The notes beneath the pieces were generated by a model. That model made no database searches, had not been told where the DNA came from, and saw only the letters and a program-made list of their open reading frames with translations. From the NCBI GenBank assembly GCA_964639385.1, contig CAZXCW010000004.1:1-40285 (forward strand): DNA of 40,285 nucleotides. Reading direction: 5' to 3'. The position numbers and the translations under genes are program-made. The stretch's first letter is position 1. Each line of letters starts with the position of its first letter. Of the stretch, positions 1-9,622 are shown piece by piece. The DNA comes from an uncultured Nitrospiraceae bacterium (GTDB lineage Bacteria > Nitrospirota > Thermodesulfovibrionia > Thermodesulfovibrionales > SM23-35).

Positions 1-18
1 CAGAAGAGCCACAAACGG

Positions 19-612
19 ATGAGCAATGATCAAGCAAAGAGTTTAGCAGATTTTGTAAATAATCTGACAAAGGATGTAGGTTTAATGTTGAATGGTTTTC
101 AGAGGAAGCGTAGCGAGATGTCAAAGGAACTTAAGAACAAGCTTGCTAAAGAAGTAAAAGAGATTGAAACCTACGTCAAGAAAAGATTAAAAGAGTTTAA
201 CGAAACCCATGCAGAGATGAGCAATGCCTTAAAAGAGAGTTTAGCTAAATATGTTGCTGATATAGTCAGTGGTATCAAGAAACTCTTAGGCGAATATAGT
301 TCTGATATGAAAAAGGCGGCTAATGCATGGCAGGGTATGTCTAAGACCCTGGTCAGTGCAAGAAAGGGCAGAGCTGTAGTGTCAGAGGTGGAAGAGGAAG
401 TGCCTTCTGAGATGGGCATGGAAGAGATGGAAGAAAGGGTACTGGAATTTATCAATAGACATGAAGGAGTGAAAGTTAGCGAGATGGAAGATCCCCTTGG
501 AGTCGCCAGAACAAGATTAGGTGTAATAGCCAAAAGACTGTTAGAGGAAGGTAAGGTCAGGAAAGAGGAGAATCTCTATTTTCCAAACTTGGTACATGCC
601 GGAGTTAGGTAG
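19..612 (+). CDS. Gas-vesicle-cluster coiled-coil protein (GvpC-position analogue) with a C-terminal winged-helix domain; the 5' end may lie outside the window
   Basis: It sits two genes upstream of gvpN, the slot gvpC occupies in gvpA-gvpC-gvpN clusters. The protein is K/E-rich and helical. EMSKELKNKLAKEV (aa 33) and EMSNALKESLAKYV (aa 66) repeat at 33-residue spacing. The C-terminal ~55 aa (EERVLEFINRHEG...ARTRLGVIAKRLLEEGKVRKEENLYF) read as a wHTH. There is no in-frame stop between nt 1 and the ATG at 19. Confidence 0.45.
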   Translation: MSNDQAKSLADFVNNLTKDVGLMLNGFQRKRSEMSKELKNKLAKEVKEIETYVKKRLKEFNETHAEMSNALKESLAKYVADIVSGIKKLLGEYSSDMKKAANAWQGMSKTLVSARKGRAVVSEVEEEVPSEMGMEEMEERVLEFINRHEGVKVSEMEDPLGVARTRLGVIAKRLLEEGKVRKEENLYFPNLVHAGVR

Positions 613-687
613 CACAGGCTATGAAGTAGATAGGAATCTCCCTTGTAGCATTTTTGCATGCAAGTTGTTTGAAAAGGAGGTTGTTCT

Positions 688-1035
688 GTGATGGATAATG
701 TATCAGCTGGAATGAAATCTCTCTGTGGAGACATTTTAAGAGGTCACAAAAATAGAAAGGCCGATATTAAACAGATCAAAGGTCAGGTTGATGTCCGTCG
801 AGATAATGCCAGGAAGTTTTTAGCCGACTCTAAGAAATTTCATGAAGAGATGAGTAAAGACCTTAAAAAACACTTGCAGGAAGGTCGAGAAAATCTGGTC
901 AAAAATGTCAACACCCTGAAAGAAAACTTCAGGAAAAAGGAAAGAGAAATAAGGGCAGATTTGGCTGAAGCAAGCAAAACCTGGAATAAGATGAATGAGA
1001 CTTTAAAAGGTAAGAAGACAAAATCCTCCGATTAA
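688..1035 (+). CDS. Gas-vesicle-cluster coiled-coil protein, short paralogue of the 19..612 product (GvpC-position analogue)
   Basis: It shares motifs with the upstream ORF: FHEEMSKDLKKHL vs THAEMSNALKESL, and the C-terminal ASKTWNKMNETL vs AANAWQGMSKTL. A strong SD (AAGGAGG) lies upstream; ATG at 691 directly follows GTG at 688. It lacks the wHTH domain. Confidence 0.45.
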   Translation: MMDNVSAGMKSLCGDILRGHKNRKADIKQIKGQVDVRRDNARKFLADSKKFHEEMSKDLKKHLQEGRENLVKNVNTLKENFRKKEREIRADLAEASKTWNKMNETLKGKKTKSSD

Positions 1036-1066
1036 CACCAGCAAAAATAGATAAGGAGGTGAGACA

Positions 1067-1981
1067 ATGATGATTGATGAGATGACTACAGTTTTAGAGC
1101 CTAGTCCTCTGCCAGACTTTGTGGAAACAAGGTACATTAAGGATATTAGCGATAGGGCCCTTTCTTATATTAAGGCTGGTTTTCCCGTCCACTTTAGAGG
1201 AGTCTCAGGTACCGGCAAGACCACCATGGCTATGCATGTTGCGAGTAAAATAGAAAGGCCGGTAGTTATGATTCATGGAGACGAGGAATTTACCACTTCT
1301 AACTTAGTTGGTGGAGAATACGGTTACAGATTTAAAAAGGTGGTCGACCGTTTTGTCTCTCGGGTCTTAAAATTAGAAGAGGATATGGTTAAGCGTTGGG
1401 TGGATAACCGGTTAACCGTTGCCTGTAAGTATGGATTTACCTTGATATACGATGAGTTTACCCGTTCTCGGCCTGAGGCAAACAATATTCTGCTTTCTAT
1501 CCTGAGCGAAAAGGTGATGGATTTGCCTGTAAGGAGAGGTGAAGAACCATATCTAAGGGTTCATCCGGATTTTACAGCGATATTTACAAGCAACCCCGAG
1601 GAATACGCAGGAGTTTACAGAAGTCAGGATGCCCTTCGCGACAGGATGATAACCATGGATCTGGATCACTTTGATTACGAGACAGAAGTTGCGATAACTC
1701 ATAAAAAGTCTAAACTTTCTAAAAAGGACTCTGAGAAGATAGTCAATATCGTAAGGGGTCTAAGGGAATCCGGGAAGTGCGAATTTTCTCCTACCATTCG
1801 TGGAAGCATTATGATTGCCAGGACACTTAAGGTTCAGAACAATACACTTGCTAAAGCCAATAGTTCCTTTGCACATATATGTCAGGACATATTGGCCTCT
1901 GAGACAAGCAGGGTTGGCTCTAAGACAAATCAAACAAGGGTAAAAGAGATAGTTAAGGGGCTGGTTGAAAAATATAGTTAG
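1067..1981 (+). CDS. gvpN: Gas vesicle protein GvpN (AAA+ ATPase, CbbQ/NorQ/GvpN class)
   Basis: Walker A GVSGTGKTT. GvpN-typical blocks are present: GFTLIYDEFTRSRPEANNILLSILSE, VHPDFTAIFTSNPEEYAGVYRSQDALRDRMITMDL. SD is AAGGAGGTG. Confidence 0.9.
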   Translation: MMIDEMTTVLEPSPLPDFVETRYIKDISDRALSYIKAGFPVHFRGVSGTGKTTMAMHVASKIERPVVMIHGDEEFTTSNLVGGEYGYRFKKVVDRFVSRVLKLEEDMVKRWVDNRLTVACKYGFTLIYDEFTRSRPEANNILLSILSEKVMDLPVRRGEEPYLRVHPDFTAIFTSNPEEYAGVYRSQDALRDRMITMDLDHFDYETEVAITHKKSKLSKKDSEKIVNIVRGLRESGKCEFSPTIRGSIMIARTLKVQNNTLAKANSSFAHICQDILASETSRVGSKTNQTRVKEIVKGLVEKYS

Positions 1982-2106
1982 AAGTCAGTTCTCCGTGGCA
2001 TTCATGAGGAACTTGATGTTAAGCCAGGCGAAAAATCGGAATTAACAGTTGAGAGAATAAAGCAAAGAAGGTGATTATTAATAAACAAAGAAAAAGGGGG
2101 CCGCTA

Positions 2107-2412
2107 ATGAGAGGATTACAACAAATGCCGGGCATTAGAGATATAAAATGTATACACTCTGTAGGTATGCGGTCTATTCCAAAAGTTCAAAGATCAGGCT
2201 ATTTAGAGTTATACATGCTTCGAAGAGAAAAGGATAGATTAGAGAAAGAGATTTTTGCATTGGATAAAAGAAGAAGCACAGCTGATAAACAATTAGATAG
2301 TATCAACAAGCGAATTGAAAAATTACAAAAAGAAGTGCATGAAGAGCAGAAGATTAAAACTTATAGAAGTATACCTACAAAGCCACTTAAGACAATGGCT
2401 ATAAATTATTGA
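2107..2412 (+). CDS. Small coiled-coil protein in the slot after gvpN (possible GvpV-like, by position only)
   Basis: The ORF track starts at GTG 2071. ATG 2107 has an AAGGGGG SD about 7 nt upstream. The coiled-coil core is YLELYMLRREKDRLEKEIFALDKRRSTADKQLDSINKRIEKLQKEV. gvpV follows gvpN in some proteobacterial and cyanobacterial clusters, but I cannot verify sequence homology. Confidence 0.3.
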   Translation: MRGLQQMPGIRDIKCIHSVGMRSIPKVQRSGYLELYMLRREKDRLEKEIFALDKRRSTADKQLDSINKRIEKLQKEVHEEQKIKTYRSIPTKPLKTMAINY

Positions 2413-2432
2413 GACCTATTAAGGAGCTCATT

Positions 2433-2517
2433 AGTAAGACTATATGATCGTTATTCCCGCGCATCATGTACAAGGCAGGCTCTGTCAAGCACGGAATGAC
2501 AAAAGGTGGATAATATG
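2433..2517. repeat. Imperfect ~85-bp palindromic element downstream of the gvpV-like ORF
   Basis: The left arm agtaagactatatgatcgttattcccgcgc matches the reverse complement of the right arm gcacggaatgacaaaaggtggataatatgtattcttact, around a ~20-nt centre. Confidence 0.4.
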
Positions 2518-2806
2518 TATTCTTACTTGTGAACTTATTAGTAAATATTAAGGGTAGGCGCCATTAGAAATTTTATTTTAATGGGATGACCAAAAAGTAG
2601 TATTTCTAAGAGGGGTAGATCGGTGGGAATGGAAAAGCCAAAAAGTAGATCAGAAAGGTAAGGTTCTAAATAAGACCGTTTATAAATGCAGTTTTTGTAA
2701 GGGAAAGAGAAAAAGGCGTTAATCTTCTATGTTTAATGTGTAGAGGCAAAGGCGTTATTACAAAATAGGCTATTCTAAAGTGGGAATATAAAGTGGGAGT
2801 ACAAAG

Positions 2807-3175
2807 ATGGGAATAAAGAAAATAGAGGGATTGGTTAAAAAGGTGCGGAGACCTTTAAAAATATCCTCTTATAAAATTAAATGTAATATTGTTGAGGATG
2901 ATTATTCAAAATATGCCGAAATAAACTACCAGCATCCTAAAAGAGCCGCCACAATAAATTTTAATACAAAAAGAATCCATCAGGAATTAGAAAATACCGT
3001 AATTCATGAATTACTGCACTTATTATTTAATAAACATTTGTGGGTTGCAGAAGATATTTTTGAAAGACAGAGGAAATATAAAAGTTTACAAAAGTATCAA
3101 GAGGGTGAAGAGAAAATAATCAATATTTTGGTACCCTTACTGGAAAAGGCAATTTTTGGGAAAGGAAGGAAATAA
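2807..3175 (+). CDS. Minimal zincin-like protein (HExxHxxxxxH motif; SprT/DUF45-like core)
   Basis: VIHELLHLLFNKH gives HELLH plus a third His 6 residues later. It follows a beta-rich segment (YAEINYQHPKRAATINFN), as in SprT/DUF45-type minimal metallopeptidases. The protein is only 122 aa. Confidence 0.4.
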   Translation: MGIKKIEGLVKKVRRPLKISSYKIKCNIVEDDYSKYAEINYQHPKRAATINFNTKRIHQELENTVIHELLHLLFNKHLWVAEDIFERQRKYKSLQKYQEGEEKIINILVPLLEKAIFGKGRK

Positions 3176-3254
3176 GATGAGCAATGGATTTACCCTTAGA
3201 CAGAGAGCATCTAAGGGGTAAAGATAGGGAGTAAAGTTTGGAAGGAGATAAGGC

Positions 3255-3784
3255 ATGGCAAAAGAAAAAAAAAGAAAAGAAGACGAAGGTTTAGATATTG
3301 ATTTTGGAATAGGCAAGTTAAGCGTGGGTGGGATATTTAAGGGTATAGAGAAGTTAATAGACCTTGCGGCTGAACTAAAAGAGGCAGGTGGCGAGATCAA
3401 GAAAGAGGGTGAGATTGACTTAAGCCATCTTAAAGAAGGTATGAAAGGGGTATATGGCTTTTCTATTAAGACTGCTGTTGGCGGAAAGCCGATTGTCGAG
3501 ACATTTGGCAATATCAAAAAGACTCCCGAAGGACCTATGGTAGAAGAAGAAAGAGAACCCTTAACAGATGTGTTTGATGAGAAAGACAAGATCCTGGTAA
3601 TAGCCGAGATTCCCGGAGTTTATGAGGAAGGTATAACAATAGATTTAAAAGGAGATATATTAGAAATTTCAGCAGTGGGCAAGAATAGAAAGTATCGAAA
3701 GGAGATCCTTCTACCAGTGCAGGTCAAGAAGGAAGCACTTTCTTATATTTATAAAAACGGTATCTTAGAAGTTAGAATTAAAAA

Positions 3785-3788
<4 letters not shown>
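3255..3788 (+). CDS. Hsp20/alpha-crystallin family small heat-shock protein (GvpH-like role possible)
   Basis: The C-terminal alpha-crystallin domain reads [36 protein letters not shown]...[11 protein letters not shown]...[12 protein letters not shown]. The stop overlaps the GTG start of the downstream AAA+ gene (GTGA, 3785-3788). Confidence 0.8.
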
Positions 3789-5956
<2,168 letters not shown>

Positions 5957-5957
5957 A

Positions 5958-6080
5958 ATGGCAAAGATTATTGAGAAAATTAAGAATCTCTTCACGTGTA
6001 AAAAGGTAAAAAAAGAAGAATCAAAACCGCAACCGGAAGAGACCAAAGTGCAGGAAAAGCCTGAAGAACAAAAACAATAA
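5958..6080 (+). CDS. Candidate 40-aa small protein (MAKIIEKIKNLFTCKKVKKEESKPQPEETKVQEKPEEQKQ)
   Basis: The ATG sits 2 nt after the Cdc48-like stop, with a perfect SD (AAGGAGG, 5945-5951) 6 nt upstream. It has an amphipathic N-terminal helix and a charged tail. It falls below the ORF-track size cut-off. Confidence 0.35.
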   Translation: MAKIIEKIKNLFTCKKVKKEESKPQPEETKVQEKPEEQKQ

Positions 6081-6163
6081 CCCTCGCTGCCTTCTCTTAA
6101 TAAGTCGGCTGTGGAGTGCAGCAAGAAATAAATTATAGTGAGCGTCAGAATTAAGTTTACATA

Positions 6164-6253
6164 CCCCCCTCACCCTAACCCTCTCCCGCAAGGGGAGAGG
6201 GTACTCTCTTATGTCTCTCCTCCCTTGATGGGAGTGAATGTAGGAGAGGGTGG
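6164..6253. repeat. C/G-rich REP-like palindromic element (family copy 1)
   Basis: The element reads cccccctcaccctaaccctctcccgcaaggggagagggtac...tctcctcccttgatgggagtgaatgtaggagagggtgg. It includes the hairpin ccctctccc-gcaa-ggggagaggg (6178-6201). It splits the gvp cluster into two transcription blocks. Confidence 0.6.
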
Positions 6254-6267
6254 TTAAAAGATAGGCA

Positions 6268-7320
6268 GTGAGTGTACAGAAAATGGAAGCTAAATATATT
6301 TACGGCATTATTGAGGTTTCAGAAGAGAAAGTGTTTAATTCATATGGGTTCGCTACCTATGAGGAGGTCTATGTAATTTCTTATCAGGATATATCAGCAG
6401 TGGTAAGCGATTCTGAGCTTGTTGATTATACCACCCTTCCTAAGAATCAGGTTGCCAGATACCTTCTAAGACACCAGCAGGTAATCGAGAAGATTATGGA
6501 TCTTCACACCATCATTCCTATGAGGCTTGGCACTTATGCCTTTAGCATCAGAGAGGTTGAAGAGATTCTATCCAAAGGATACAAGACGTTTAAGGATATA
6601 CTTGTGAAGATTAACAATAAAATTGAGATGGATGTTGCAGCAATATGGAGTGATCTGAATTCGATAATTAAAGAGATTGGTGAAGGAGAAGAGATTAAAC
6701 AGCTTAAAGAAAAACTTATGTCCAAACCTGAAGGCATATCTATGGAAGACCAGATAAAGATAGGTAGGCTCATTAAAAATATCTTAGATAAAGAGAGAGA
6801 AAAACTTACTTCTGAGATATGGGATGTATTAAGAAGGTTGAGTATAGATTCAAGAGCGCATGGTCTTATGGATGACAGGATGATTCTTAATACCGCCTTC
6901 CTAATAGATAAAGAAAAAAGGGCTGAATTCGAGAGAAGGTTAAGTGAGTTGAATGAACTGTTCAATGAGAGAATAAATTTTAGGTGTGTTGGTCCACTTC
7001 CGCCCTATAGTTTTTATACGGCTGAGACTAAAAAGATAAGCTGTGAGGAGGTGGATTGGGCAAGAAAGATGCTACATCTGGGTAACAGGGCAACAAAAGA
7101 AGAAGTTATTAACGCGTACAGGAACGGAGCCAAATTCTATCATCCCGATAAGAACATTGGCGTTTCGAATACTGAAAGACAATTTAATGAGATAAATAGG
7201 GCTTATAGAATTCTTCTGGAATACTGCCTGTCTGCCGAACAGGCAGGCAAGGGGGATGGCTGTTTATTTAATGAAAAAGAGTTTGGTCAAAATGCCATCA
7301 TCGTGAAGGTAAGGGAGTAA
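6268..7320 (+). CDS. GvpL/GvpF-family protein fused to a C-terminal J-domain (DnaJ-type, HPD motif)
   Basis: The N-terminal ~260 aa show the GvpF/L pattern (KYIYGII..., IIPMRLGT, LNTAFLIDKEKRAEFE, FRCVGPLPPYSFY). The C-terminus reads ARKMLHLGNRATKEEVINAYRNGAKFYHPDKN...ERQFNEINRAYRIL, with HPD at nt 7141-7149. The likely true start is ATG 6283 (MEAKYIYG). Confidence 0.8.
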   Translation: MSVQKMEAKYIYGIIEVSEEKVFNSYGFATYEEVYVISYQDISAVVSDSELVDYTTLPKNQVARYLLRHQQVIEKIMDLHTIIPMRLGTYAFSIREVEEILSKGYKTFKDILVKINNKIEMDVAAIWSDLNSIIKEIGEGEEIKQLKEKLMSKPEGISMEDQIKIGRLIKNILDKEREKLTSEIWDVLRRLSIDSRAHGLMDDRMILNTAFLIDKEKRAEFERRLSELNELFNERINFRCVGPLPPYSFYTAETKKISCEEVDWARKMLHLGNRATKEEVINAYRNGAKFYHPDKNIGVSNTERQFNEINRAYRILLEYCLSAEQAGKGDGCLFNEKEFGQNAIIVKVRE

Positions 7321-7324
7321 TATT

Positions 7325-8092
7325 TTGGGAAGGGAGAGAAAATATATCTATTGCATTATCGGTACAAAGCAGGAAAGAAATTTTGGACCTGTAGGGATCG
7401 GTGGCAGAGGCGATGAGATCTTAACTATTGGCAATGATGACCTGAGTATGGTGGTAAGCAATCACCCGATGACTAAATTTGTTGTGAGTCGCGAAAATAT
7501 GTTGGATCACGAAAAGGTAATCGAGCAAGTAATGAAGGAATTTGACAGTGTGCTTCCAGTTAGGTTTGGTACCATTGCTTCTAATGCCGATGAGATAAGA
7601 AATCTCTTAGATAGAAGATATAGAGAATTTAAGAATCTTTTGAGAGAGATGGACCATAAGATAGAATTAGGTGTTAAAGGGATATGGAAAAATATGGATG
7701 TAATCTTTAAAGAGATTGTAAAAGAAAACAAGGAAATTAAGAGGGCAAAAGAGAAAATCCTGAACAATACGGGCAAAAAGATACTGACAAAAATGGAAGT
7801 TGGTATGATGGTTGAAGAGGCTCTGAAAAAGAAAAAGGTGGAAGAGACTGAAAGGTTTATCAATATTCTAAGAAAGACATCTATTGACTATAGGCTCAAC
7901 AAGACTATCGGTGATGAGATGTTTATGAAGGCTGCCTTCCTGTTAGATAAAGGTAGAGAGAAAGAATTCGATAACATTATGGATGAGTTAAGTGATGAAT
8001 ATAAGGAAAGAATAAAGTTTATGTATGCAGGCCCCTTGCCTGTATTTAATTTTGTTAATGTCGTAATTTATCCGGAAGAATGGGAAGAATAG
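7325..8092 (+). CDS. gvpF: Gas vesicle protein GvpF/GvpL family
   Basis: KYIYCIIG..FGPVGIGGRGDEI..VSRENMLDHEKVIEQVM..VLPVRFGTIA...FMYAGPLPVFNF. It is a close paralogue of 9623..10375. The start codon is TTG. Confidence 0.85.
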   Translation: MGRERKYIYCIIGTKQERNFGPVGIGGRGDEILTIGNDDLSMVVSNHPMTKFVVSRENMLDHEKVIEQVMKEFDSVLPVRFGTIASNADEIRNLLDRRYREFKNLLREMDHKIELGVKGIWKNMDVIFKEIVKENKEIKRAKEKILNNTGKKILTKMEVGMMVEEALKKKKVEETERFINILRKTSIDYRLNKTIGDEMFMKAAFLLDKGREKEFDNIMDELSDEYKERIKFMYAGPLPVFNFVNVVIYPEEWEE

Positions 8093-8095
8093 TTT

Positions 8096-8617
8096 ATGTT
8101 ATCAGGAACAGAAGCAGATGTTATAAATGCCGTTGCCAGATTAAGGGAGGCAACTAAGGATCAGATAAGGAGAGAGGTTGGTTTTTCCTCAGACTATATA
8201 GAGTTTTTATGTCGATATTTAGTCAGAAAAGGTTATCTTAATTTTTCTAATAGGCATTATTCCATAGGGGAAGTGGGAATAAAAATACTATTGGCTGAAG
8301 AGACATCAAAGTTTGACAGGGGGTTAATCAAAGAGATTACCGCTGAAGTAGCTGAAGAGATCAGTGATGAGTTAAAGGAGACAAAGATGACTGTTGCACT
8401 GAGAGAGCAGAAAGTAGAACGGATTCCAGAGAAAAAAACAAAGATAAAGACCGATTTTGAACTCCCTGTAGAAGATGAGAGTTTAGTCTTAGAAAGTAAT
8501 ATCAATAAAATAGGGCCAAATTTAGAGAAGAAGAGATCTGATATTGATGAGTCAGTTAGATTATTTAAAAAGATTCAAGAGATATTTAAAAAGATTCAAA
8601 GGGGAGGGAGAACATGA
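8096..8617 (+). CDS. Winged-helix N-domain protein with an acidic linker and a duplicated basic-amphipathic C-terminal heptad (candidate adaptor of the downstream actin-like ATPase)
   Basis: The N-terminal wHTH reads EADVINAVARLREATKDQIRREVGFSSDYIEFLCRYLVRKGYL. The middle is E/D-rich (EITAEVAEEISDELKE...ELPVEDESLVLES). The C-terminus LFKKIQE-IFKKIQR is encoded by a 21-bp tandem duplication (atttaaaaagattcaa at 8563 and 8584). The stop overlaps the next ATG (ATGA at 8614). Confidence 0.5.
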   Translation: MLSGTEADVINAVARLREATKDQIRREVGFSSDYIEFLCRYLVRKGYLNFSNRHYSIGEVGIKILLAEETSKFDRGLIKEITAEVAEEISDELKETKMTVALREQKVERIPEKKTKIKTDFELPVEDESLVLESNINKIGPNLEKKRSDIDESVRLFKKIQEIFKKIQRGGRT

Positions 8618-9618
8618 ATGAGGGAGGAAAGGGCATTGATATAGGAACAGTATTTGTGAAATGTGCGCACAAAGAAGGAGATGAAATCATATTCGGGTCT
8701 CAGCGAAACGCCTTTTTCCAAGTAGAATATGCAGGAGGTTTTACTAAGAAGATATTTGACGACCGCATGATAAAGTACGTTGTAAAAGATGATAAATTGT
8801 ATGTGACAGGCAATGATGCATTACAATTTGCCAATCTCTTTAATAAAGAGACAAGAAGGTCTTTAAGTAATGGAGTGATAAGCCCGACAGAAGGAGAAGC
8901 CCTTCCTATAGTAGAGCTATTGATAAAGAGTGCAGTGAGTGAACCTCATTATCAAGGTGAGATAGTCTATTTTTCCATCCCAGCACAGCCTCTAGATGCA
9001 GATTTTAATATCATATATCACATAAAGACCATTGAAGGATTCTTAAAGACCCTGGGTTATACCCCAAAACCCATAGATGAAGGTCTGGCAATTATATTAT
9101 CTGAGTTAGCTGATAAAGACTTTACAGGAATTGGCATTTCCTTTGGCGGCGGGATGGTCAATGTATGCTTGAGCTTTATGTCTGTGCCCATTTCCAAGTT
9201 TTCCCTTACCAGGGCAGGTGACTGGATAGACCAGCAGGTTGCTATGGCAGTGGGTGAGGCAGCCAGCCGTGTAACAGCGATAAAGGAGTCCTCTTTTGAT
9301 TTAACCAAGGTGGGAACATTAAGTAAGATTGAGAGTGCCCTGTCTATTTACTACAATGATCTAATTGAATATGTAATTGAAAATATAAAGCAGGAGTTTG
9401 AAAAAGCAGGCGGGATGCCAGGTATAGTTAAGCCTATAAGTATTGTCCTATCAGGAGGAACCTCGCTTCCTGAGGGCTTTAGCCTTAGGTTTAAAGAGAT
9501 TTTAGACCAATTTAAATTACCTATTCCAGTTGGCGAGACAAGGATAGCAGCACAACCTTTAAATTCGGTGGCTAAGGGTGCCTTAATTGCTGCAATAGCA
9601 GAAGAGGGTTATTCATAA
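8614..9618 (+). CDS. Actin-like ATPase (ASKHA fold; MreB/MamK/ParM class)
   Basis: All ASKHA motifs appear in order: phosphate-1 GIDIGTVFVK, phosphate-2 GIGISFGGGMVNVCL, adenosine IVLSGGTSLPEGF, connect-2 QPLNSVAKGALIAA. MreB/MamK-like blocks are also present (YVTGNDALQF...RRSLSNGVI; FSIPAQP; IDEGLAIILSEL; TRAGDWIDQQV). At 334 aa it is MreB/MamK-sized and has no Hsp70 substrate-binding domain. Confidence 0.75.
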   Translation: MNEGGKGIDIGTVFVKCAHKEGDEIIFGSQRNAFFQVEYAGGFTKKIFDDRMIKYVVKDDKLYVTGNDALQFANLFNKETRRSLSNGVISPTEGEALPIVELLIKSAVSEPHYQGEIVYFSIPAQPLDADFNIIYHIKTIEGFLKTLGYTPKPIDEGLAIILSELADKDFTGIGISFGGGMVNVCLSFMSVPISKFSLTRAGDWIDQQVAMAVGEAASRVTAIKESSFDLTKVGTLSKIESALSIYYNDLIEYVIENIKQEFEKAGGMPGIVKPISIVLSGGTSLPEGFSLRFKEILDQFKLPIPVGETRIAAQPLNSVAKGALIAAIAEEGYS

Positions 9619-9622
9619 GGCT

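Noticed and set aside
171-533. Long antisense ORFs opposite confirmed genes. Examples: 171..533, 3137..3589, 5050..5778, 6534..6965, 7507..7863, 9667..9987, 11254..11547, 30494..31114, 32356..32778, 32977..33399, 33820..34206.
   Set aside because: They lie wholly inside strongly supported sense-strand genes and are Ser/Leu/Phe-rich low-complexity translations. They lack SD sequences and recognisable motifs. They are typical shadow ORFs of K/E-rich AT-biased genes.
8614-9618. The ASKHA ATPase as a dedicated truncated Hsp70 partner for the nearby J-domain.
   Set aside because: There is no substrate-binding domain or interdomain linker, both of which are needed for J-domain coupling. The block-by-block resemblance is to MreB/MamK, not to the DnaK nucleotide-binding domain. 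I keep this only as a minor alternative.
8096-9618. The wHTH protein plus actin-like ATPase as an inserted plasmid ParMR-type partition cassette.
   Set aside because: The gene order is reversed relative to parM-parR, alfA-alfB and alp7A-alp7R. No centromere-like iterated repeats flank the pair. The pair is packed at 4-nt spacing between gvpF paralogues on what looks like a chromosome (dnaX, recR, gatAB, rpoD and SRP RNA are nearby). This is not fully excluded; see the refutation criteria for the first finding.
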